Source: Candidatus Iainarchaeum sp. (lineage in GTDB: Archaea > Iainarchaeota > Iainarchaeia > Iainarchaeales > GCA-2688035). Taken from it: a stretch of 32,000 bases of DNA. The translations under genes were made by a program, and so were the position numbers. The notes beneath the pieces are model-generated. The model was not told the origin of the DNA. It saw only the letters and a list, made by a program, of their open reading frames with translations, and searched no databases. The stretch is from assembly GCA_028713935.1 (NCBI GenBank), contig JAQTNI010000002.1:17854-49853 (forward strand), read 5' to 3'. Shown in pieces: positions 26,672 to 32,000 of this stretch; position 1 is the stretch's first letter, and every line of letters starts with the position of its first letter.

Positions 26672-27399
26672 TTGTAATCCCTCCTAATTTTTTCATCTTT
26701 TTTTCCTTTGCTCGTAATTTCAGTCCTTTCGATTTCACCGTCTTTAATATGAATAATTTTCTGTGCCCTTTCGGCAACATATCTTTCATGGGTCACAATT
26801 AAAATTGTTTTGCCCTTATCAATGTTCAGCTTGTCAATCAATTCAAGTATTGTCGCTCCAGAAGCTGAATCAAGGTTCCCTGTCGGTTCATCTGCCACAA
26901 TAATGTCAGGGTCAACAGCGAGCGCCCTTGCAATTGCAACTCTCTGTTTTTGCCCGCCTGAAAGTTCCCCGGGCCTATGGCTCATTCTTCCCTCAAGCCC
27001 AACTTCAGCCAGAATTTTTGTTGCTATTTCGATTCTTTCCTTTTTAGGGACTCCCTGAAACCATAAAGGCAGCATTACATTTTCAAGCGCGGTCAGCCTT
27101 GGGATAAGGTTAAAGCTCTGGAAAACAAAGCCAATGTTGCTTCCCCTTACAACTGCCAGCTCGGAATCATCCATTTTTGAAATAGGGTGCCCTGTAATGT
27201 AAACTTCTCCCGCAGAAGGCCTGAGCAGGGCGCTTACAACATGAAGCAGGGTTGTTTTCCCGCTTCCGCTGTGGCCTGTGATTGAAACAAAATCGCCTTT
27301 TTTGACTTCAAAATTAATGTTCTTTAAGGCGGTAACCTGAATCTCCCCACCCATATCATAAATCTTGTCAACATTCTCCACTTTCAAAACAGGCTCCAC
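26668..27399 (-). CDS. ABC transporter ATP-binding protein (MacB/LolD-like)
   Basis: Walker A GHSGSGKTTLL, signature LSGGQKQRVAIARAL, Walker B IIVADEPTGNLD. The start is ambiguous: TTG 27441, GTG 27399 or TTG 27387. The TTTAAATA box at 27452..27445 is too close to 27441, so a downstream start is preferred. Confidence 0.88.
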   Translation of the reverse strand: MEPVLKVENVDKIYDMGGEIQVTALKNINFEVKKGDFVSITGHSGSGKTTLLHVVSALLRPSAGEVYITGHPISKMDDSELAVVRGSNIGFVFQSFNLIPRLTALENVMLPLWFQGVPKKERIEIATKILAEVGLEGRMSHRPGELSGGQKQRVAIARALAVDPDIIVADEPTGNLDSASGATILELIDKLNIDKGKTILIVTHERYVAERAQKIIHIKDGEIERTEITSKGKKDEKIRRDYK

Positions 27400-27444
27400 T
27401 TTAAAACCAACCCATATATCTATACCAATATATCCCTGCAATAA

Positions 27445-27452
27445 TATTTAAA
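27445..27452 (-). promoter_or_regulatory. TATA box of the ABC-transporter/PadR operon
   Basis: The minus strand reads TTTTTAAATATTAT, a consensus archaeal TTTAWATA. It lies 46-53 nt upstream of GTG 27399. Confidence 0.5.
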
Positions 27453-27486
27453 AAGGTTTTTGTCAAAGAAAAAGAATTTTTTTTTT

Positions 27487-27539
27487 GGCAGGCTGGCTTG
27501 CGGCTTGTGCATTTAAACAAGCTACAAGCCCTTCCTGCC
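27487..27539. promoter_or_regulatory. nested GC-rich hairpin containing a CTTGT-N8-ACAAG palindrome
   Basis: GGCAGG(27487-92)...CCTGCC(27534-39) is the outer stem and GGCTTGT(27502-08)...ACAAGCC(27524-30) the inner stem. An alternative pairing is CTTGT(27504-08)-gcatttaa-ACAAG(27517-21). It lies 35-90 nt upstream of the operon TATA box. Confidence 0.4.
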
Positions 27540-27786
27540 CAGATGCCTATCCAAAATTGTTCTTCTCAGCCACCTCCATAACTTTTTTTTGTCCCGGTTT
27601 CCTGCTCTAATTTGGGGTTTGCATTGGCCGGGATGCCTCAGCTTGCATGGAATCGTTTATTCAGATACAGAACCAATTTTTCTTTTTTTTGCACCACCTC
27701 CCAACTCGCGTTAATATTGTGGCGCCCTTTTTTAATTAGAATTTCCCAGAATTAGACCCAAATCTATTCCAAATCAGCAGTTTTTT

Positions 27787-28197
27787 TCACTGCATGTTCA
27801 GGTAAAGCAGCGCAAAAACAGCGATTATTGTAAAAATATTCGGAATTATTGAAAAAGGCCCTTCCATTGGCGAATACCCAAAATATGAAAAGAACAGCGG
27901 GTTTGAAGTAATGCTGTGGGCAAGAAGCACTAATGCCATTATAACAAAGCCAAGAGTAAAATTGGTCCTGAATTTTAAAAAGCTTTCCAAATATTGCGCC
28001 AAAAGAATTATTACAAGCACAGAGCTTGAAATCGCAACTGCAATCTGGACATTCAGGAACAATATGTCGCGTTCAGGCAAATTGTATGTCCTGTGCAAGC
28101 CAAATACATGGGAAGCAGCCACAATCAAGGTCGTAAGCACTACAAATATGGCTAAAGAAATCAAAAGGAATACAAATTGGTTACTGCGTTTTTTCAA
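27787..28197 (-). CDS. hypothetical 4-TM membrane protein
   Basis: Four hydrophobic helices. The track start at 28284 would overlap the upstream wHTH gene by 104 nt. TTG at 28197 (then KKRSNQFVFLLISLAIF...) overlaps it by only 17 nt. Confidence 0.55.
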   Translation of the reverse strand: MKKRSNQFVFLLISLAIFVVLTTLIVAASHVFGLHRTYNLPERDILFLNVQIAVAISSSVLVIILLAQYLESFLKFRTNFTLGFVIMALVLLAHSITSNPLFFSYFGYSPMEGPFSIIPNIFTIIAVFALLYLNMQ

Positions 28198-28465
28198 GGT
28201 ATTGCCCGAATTCAATCCACATCTCCTCCATATCTTGTGATACAAAAAATATTTTACCATATCTATTGCCAGTTGATTCAACAAGGCCGTGTTTTGACAT
28301 TATATCCGCATGGTGCTGCACTGTTTTATAATCAAGATTCAGGGAATCAGCTATTTTTTTCAGGTTGGAAGGCTCTTTCTTTAAAAGCAAAAGAATCTTA
28401 ATCCTGTTTTCCCCGCCACGCGAGCCAACCAGAAGCCAATAAACAATTCTTTTGGATAGGAACAT
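28181..28465 (-). CDS. ArsR-like winged-helix transcriptional regulator
   Basis: RGGENRIKILLLLKKEPSNLKKIADSLNLDYKTVQHHADIMSKHGLV follows the ArsR/archaeal wHTH pattern (R-x-x-I-L...L-A-x-x-L...T-V-x-x-H-x-x-x-L-x-x-x-G-L-V). Confidence 0.7.
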   Translation of the reverse strand: MFLSKRIVYWLLVGSRGGENRIKILLLLKKEPSNLKKIADSLNLDYKTVQHHADIMSKHGLVESTGNRYGKIFFVSQDMEEMWIEFGQYLEKTQ

Positions 28466-28719
28466 TATTATAAAAAGTGCTCAGAAAAATTATTTAATTA
28501 ATCGATTCTGTTTTTTGTCTCTTACAGCCCAACAGGCTGGAATAAAAAAATTTTGCATTGTTGTTAGGTAATGCAGTTGGAGCAGGCTCAGAAGCAGATT
28601 TGCGAAGCCATTAGGGCAAAGCATCTCTGCAATATTGTCGGGAATTGCTATGTTGAATCCTATTTAGTGTAGCTGTTGTTTGATTGTTTTAAAAACATAA
28701 CGGCTATAGGTTGTTATGT

Positions 28720-29964
28720 ATGGCGTATACTGATGTTTTTGCTATTGAACAATACTTTAAGGAGCTTGAAAGGATTGTAGTGCCTAAAGAAAACCAAGAG
28801 TTAGCAAAAAAATTTTTGCGTGAAGAAAAAGTAAAGGGCATTAAAGAGTCTACTTTGCGTTGGAAGCTTTACACGCTTCTTAGATTGTGTTCAATGTTTC
28901 CCAACAAAAAGCTTGTTGACATGTCCAAGGATGACATTGTTAATTTTTTGCATGATGTCAAGCCTCGAAGCACAGCTAATCACAAGGATAAGGCTAAAAC
29001 TGATTTTAGTGAAACTACCAAAGTTTTGTTTAAAATTAACATAAAAAATTTTTTTAAATGGTTGAATGGCGGCAAACAATATCCCGAGAGCGTGGATTGG
29101 ATTTATGCTGCTGGAGACACTTCAAAAAAAATTGATGAGAAGGATATTCTTACTCCGGAGGATGTTTTGGCAATGGTTAACAAGGCAGGCACTACAAGAG
29201 ATGCGGCTTTTATTTACACTATTTTTGAAACTGGTTGCAGGGCCAGTGAATGGTTAAACATCAAGTATTCTGATATTTCTTTAGAAGGCAGAACCGCTAC
29301 TATCAAGGTTGATGGTAAAACTGGCAAGCGTACTGTTTACTTGATTAATTCTTTGAGTTATTTGCGTGATTGGTTGAATGTGCATCCTTTCAAGGACAAG
29401 GATGATTTTCCTATTTGGATTTCTATGGAACGGCTAAGCTATGGTCATAGAATTTTGTTGGGTTCAATGAGAAAAAACTTGTTGCGAATCAAAAAAATGG
29501 CTGGAATAAAAAAGCCTGTGAATCCGCATGCTTTTCGGCATGCTCGCGCAACTGATTGTGCGAGGCGAGGTTACCAAGAATCTTTGATGCGAAAAATGTT
29601 TGGTTGGGCTAATGCCAGTAACATGCCTTCAGTTTACATTCACTTGGTGTCAAAAGACGTCAAAGACAAATTGTTGAGCGATGCTGGGTTAGAGCAATCT
29701 TATACTCAAACGAGTAATGCCTTGGATTTAATTGATTGCCCCAAGTGTGGTAAAAAATATGGCGCTGGAACAAAGTTTTGCACTTGTGGTTTTATTTTGG
29801 ATGAAAAAGAAGCACAAAACAATAGTAGTGACAAAAATGAAAATGCTTTGGCTACTATGCAAACTTTGATTTCAGAAGTAAAACAATTGGAAGCAAAAGG
29901 TTTTGATTTACAACAATTTAACAAGTTCATGGAGAGTTGGGCTAAGGCAAATACAAAGCAGTAA
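28720..29964 (+). CDS. tyrosine recombinase/integrase with a C-terminal zinc ribbon
   Basis: Box I ETGCRASEW, HAFRHARAT (H-x-x-R) and GWANASNMPSVYIHL (catalytic Tyr). C-terminal CPKCGKKYGAGTKFCTCG. ATG at 28720; the track start at 28711 is TTG. Confidence 0.85.
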   Translation: MAYTDVFAIEQYFKELERIVVPKENQELAKKFLREEKVKGIKESTLRWKLYTLLRLCSMFPNKKLVDMSKDDIVNFLHDVKPRSTANHKDKAKTDFSETTKVLFKINIKNFFKWLNGGKQYPESVDWIYAAGDTSKKIDEKDILTPEDVLAMVNKAGTTRDAAFIYTIFETGCRASEWLNIKYSDISLEGRTATIKVDGKTGKRTVYLINSLSYLRDWLNVHPFKDKDDFPIWISMERLSYGHRILLGSMRKNLLRIKKMAGIKKPVNPHAFRHARATDCARRGYQESLMRKMFGWANASNMPSVYIHLVSKDVKDKLLSDAGLEQSYTQTSNALDLIDCPKCGKKYGAGTKFCTCGFILDEKEAQNNSSDKNENALATMQTLISEVKQLEAKGFDLQQFNKFMESWAKANTKQ

Positions 29965-30234
29965 TTATTTTCCAACTATGACAATTGTTCTTTTGCTTTG
30001 CTTGTTTTCTCCGCCAATTACAATTATTTTGTTGTGGTCGTCTATGATTGGGTGTTCTTCTGTTCTTGGATTTTCAACTGCGCTCCAAATTTCGTTGTAT
30101 CGAATTCCATTAACCTTGTTGACTTTGATTAAGTCTCCGTTTTTTGCTTCCACTTCAATAATTGCAAACCTATTTGTATTAGTTAATTCGAAACCGTGTT
30201 TTCCGGAAATAATGCACTTTGTAGTAACATCCAT
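29965..30234 (-). CDS. hypothetical small protein (orphan)
   Basis: 89-aa ORF transcribed divergently from the 30345 gene. Its stop abuts the integrase stop. No family recognised. Confidence 0.45.
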   Translation of the reverse strand: MDVTTKCIISGKHGFELTNTNRFAIIEVEAKNGDLIKVNKVNGIRYNEIWSAVENPRTEEHPIIDDHNKIIVIGGENKQSKRTIVIVGK

Positions 30235-30344
30235 ATTGTCGCCTTACAAACACCCTTGTTTTGTTTTATTTAAGCGTGTTTTAACTCGCTATCCGAAGAG
30301 TCAGTTAACCAAGATTATTAATCCTCAAGAAGGGGGGTTATTGT

Positions 30345-31325
30345 ATGGTTGATGAAAAACGATTTGATGAACAATTAGTCGAAGAATTTAATATTGAATT
30401 TGATTTTGATGAAACAAAATTTAATCGTTTTTTAGCCAAGGCAAAAGTTGATTTGGATTCTGCTAAGGAACAGGTTTTGTACGAGCTTGGCTGCGGCACA
30501 TTTTACAACAAAGGTTTTTTTCTTACTGCTACTGGTGTCTTGTTTTTTGGTTTGCAGCCTGAAAAGTTTTTTCCTCAATCTTATGTTACTTGTGTGCGCT
30601 ATCATGGTAATTCAATGGCTAGTGTTATTGATAGAAAAGATTTGTATGGGGATTTGGTTTCTCTTGTTGATGAATCTGAAGCTTTTGTTAAAAGACATAC
30701 TCGGTTGGCGTATCTTTTTGATGGTTTCAAAAGAGTGGACATTGAGGAGTATCCTTACAAGGCAATTCGAGAAGCCATAATCAATGCTGTTTGCCACAGA
30801 GACTATCCTTCTAGAAATAATGTTTTTGTCAATGTTTTTGATGATCGCGTTGAAGTGATTTCTCCTGGCACTATTCCGGATAATTTGACTCTTAAAGAGG
30901 TTTATGGGCGTAGTCATCCGAGAAATTTTAAAATTCTTGAATTGTTTCATAAAATTGATTACATTGAAAAAATTGGTTCTGGATTAAAAAGAATGGAAGA
31001 ATTAATGCTGTTTCACGGCTTGAAAAAACCAGTTTACGAAACTAATCGGGCTTTTTTCCAAGCAACTTTTTTAGGCCCTAAAGAAAAAATTTTGGAGTTG
31101 GTTAAGCCGTCTAATGTTTTGGATTTGCATGAATTGGGTTTGAATGAAGACCAAGTTAAAGCGCTCAATTTTTTTCAAAATAAAAAACAGTTTTCTGCTT
31201 TAGAGTATCAAAAACTTTTAGGCACTACAAAGAGAACTGCTCAAAGGCACTTAAAAGAATTAATCAAAAATGGCTTAATTTCAAAGCAAGGAATCGGCAA
31301 AAAAACCATTTATTCAATGACATAG
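30345..31325 (+). CDS. COG2865-type putative regulator (RecG-C-terminal-like HATPase_c_4 domain plus C-terminal wHTH), apparently lacking the N-terminal AlbA_2 domain
   Basis: AIREAIINAVCHRDY, VEVISPG, SHPRNFKILELFHKIDYIEKIGSGLKRM, and a C-terminal HTH (TTKRTAQRHLKELIKNGLI). SD GAAGGGGGG lies upstream. Confidence 0.7.
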   Translation: MVDEKRFDEQLVEEFNIEFDFDETKFNRFLAKAKVDLDSAKEQVLYELGCGTFYNKGFFLTATGVLFFGLQPEKFFPQSYVTCVRYHGNSMASVIDRKDLYGDLVSLVDESEAFVKRHTRLAYLFDGFKRVDIEEYPYKAIREAIINAVCHRDYPSRNNVFVNVFDDRVEVISPGTIPDNLTLKEVYGRSHPRNFKILELFHKIDYIEKIGSGLKRMEELMLFHGLKKPVYETNRAFFQATFLGPKEKILELVKPSNVLDLHELGLNEDQVKALNFFQNKKQFSALEYQKLLGTTKRTAQRHLKELIKNGLISKQGIGKKTIYSMT

Positions 31326-31328
31326 CTC

Positions 31329-31367
31329 ATGTCGCGAAAAACCCAAAAATGTCGCGCAAATGTCGCG
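31329..31367 (+). repeat. three direct ATGTCGCG repeats (iteron-like)
   Basis: ATGTCGCG occurs at 31329-36, 31349-56 and 31360-67, with centre spacings of 20 and 11 nt. The repeats start 4 nt after the COG2865-like gene stop. Confidence 0.6.
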
Positions 31368-31563
31368 AAACAAAAAAGCCAGAAAATCACGGATTCAAAA
31401 AAACAAGGAATTTTAGGAGAGTTTTTTTAAAAAAAACAAATTAAATCACAGTCCCGACTGAATCAAGCAAAAAAGAAATCAGAATTATTCCCAAACAACC
31501 AAATTAGCCTCGGGTTCTTCCATAGAGTATAACCCTCTTTTGAATTTCAATTGCCTCTTTTTT

Positions 31564-31941
31564 TTAGGTAAAACCATAAATTTGGAACATTCCTCTTGAG
31601 GGTACAAATTCGAATCCTGATCGGTATTTGTTAAGAACGCCCCTGTAGCAGTCAGCACTTTCACAAATTGTAAAATCTTGTTTTGCCATTGCAACATTTG
31701 TGCGACACGTGTCATCACATGCTTTGTCGCATAGTGAAATGTCTTTTTTTGCTTCAGCAACTTGGTCATAGCAGTAACATTTTTGCCCGCCAGCAGGAGT
31801 TTCTTGTATTGTCTCACAAATAGAAGAATCCTTGTTTATTTTTGCAACGGCTCCATAACAATAGTTTTTACTAAGAGCCCGTCCCGTTAGACTAATATAG
31901 AAGTTTGTTTCTCTTTTGTTGGGAGTGAGTGGGTAGGAGAC
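31564..31941 (-). pseudogene. start-less fragment of a Cys-repeat (secreted-type) protein gene
   Basis: The minus frame is open from 31941 to the TAA at 31566..31564. It encodes ...NYCYGAVAKINKDSSICETIQ/ETPAGGQKCYCYDQVAEAKKDISLCDKA/CDDTCRTNVAMAKQDFTICESADCYRGVLNKY..., about 3.5 repeats of C-Y-x-x-V-A-x-x-x-K-D-x-S/T-I/L-C. There is no ATG/GTG/TTG until the last third. Confidence 0.45.
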
Positions 31942-31945
31942 TCAC

Positions 31946-32000
31946 ATGGGACTTATAACAAAAGAGGATGGTTGGCGCATACCTGATGCGCTTTGGAAAC
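31946..32000 (+). CDS. 5' end of a possible IS transposase gene (DUF4096-like N-terminus); runs off the window
   Basis: TAGGAGACTCAC-ATG (SD AGGAG). The product MGLITKEDGWRIPDALWK... resembles the I/L-x-D-E/A-x-W N-termini of IS5/IS4-group transposases. Only 18 codons are visible. Confidence 0.3.
   Translation, partial: MGLITKEDGWRIPDALWK

Noticed and set aside
27560-27710. Minus-strand GGAGGTGG sites as SDs of unannotated small genes
   Set aside because: The ORFs that follow are only 10-18 codons, with the start codon inside or abutting the SD. Spacing is implausible.
31329-31367. Possible CRISPR array
   Set aside because: There are only three 8-nt repeats with 3-12-nt spacers. This is far too short and irregular for CRISPR, and no cas genes are present.
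31600-31640. tRNA-like TTCGAATCC motif that could mark a tRNA-derived att site
   Set aside because: The flanking bases (ACAAA / CCTGA) cannot form a T stem, no acceptor stem follows, and the motif lies inside the Cys-repeat coding frame.
31485-31817. 110-aa GTG-start ORF from the track
   Set aside because: It has no recognisable features, whereas the overlapping alternative frame shows a clear periodic Cys-repeat motif. I treat it as a frame artefact, though without homology data this stays uncertain.

Overview
AT-rich, gene-dense window that looks archaeal. Evidence: diphthine synthase; archaeal-type ProRS; a four-subunit pyruvate:ferredoxin oxidoreductase operon (porGDAB); a tRNA with a canonical bulge-helix-bulge intron; TTTAAATA-type TATA boxes; GAGGTG-type Shine-Dalgarno sites; and many ATGA/GTGA start-stop overlaps. 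The many small hypothetical secreted or membrane proteins suggest a small-genome, DPANN-like lineage, but that is only an impression. Positions 1-28400 are mostly housekeeping: a phosphoesterase, GNAT, dphB, an MFS transporter, a methyltransferase, acyP, the por operon, Nudix, proS, a nitroreductase, PolX, dCMP deaminase, a DHH phosphoesterase, M29-like and M24 peptidases, and a MacB-type ABC operon ending in PadR. From about 28470 to the window end the content looks like a mobile or accessory island. It holds a tyrosine integrase with a zinc ribbon, a small orphan ORF, a COG2865/RecG-C-like wHTH protein, iteron-like repeats, a start-less Cys-repeat gene fragment and a possible IS transposase start. 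The main observations are: (1) a full-size LAGLIDADG intein splitting the TPP-binding loop of PorB; (2) a 40-aa, 65% Asp/Glu micro-ORF with its own promoter, SD and terminator, missed by the ORF track; (3) a modular intergenic repeat family, one copy flanked by a 20-nt duplication of a gene start; (4) an unusually long, hairpin-rich noncoding region upstream of the ABC/PadR operon. No rRNA or CRISPR array was seen. All family assignments come from motifs read by eye. No database search was possible.
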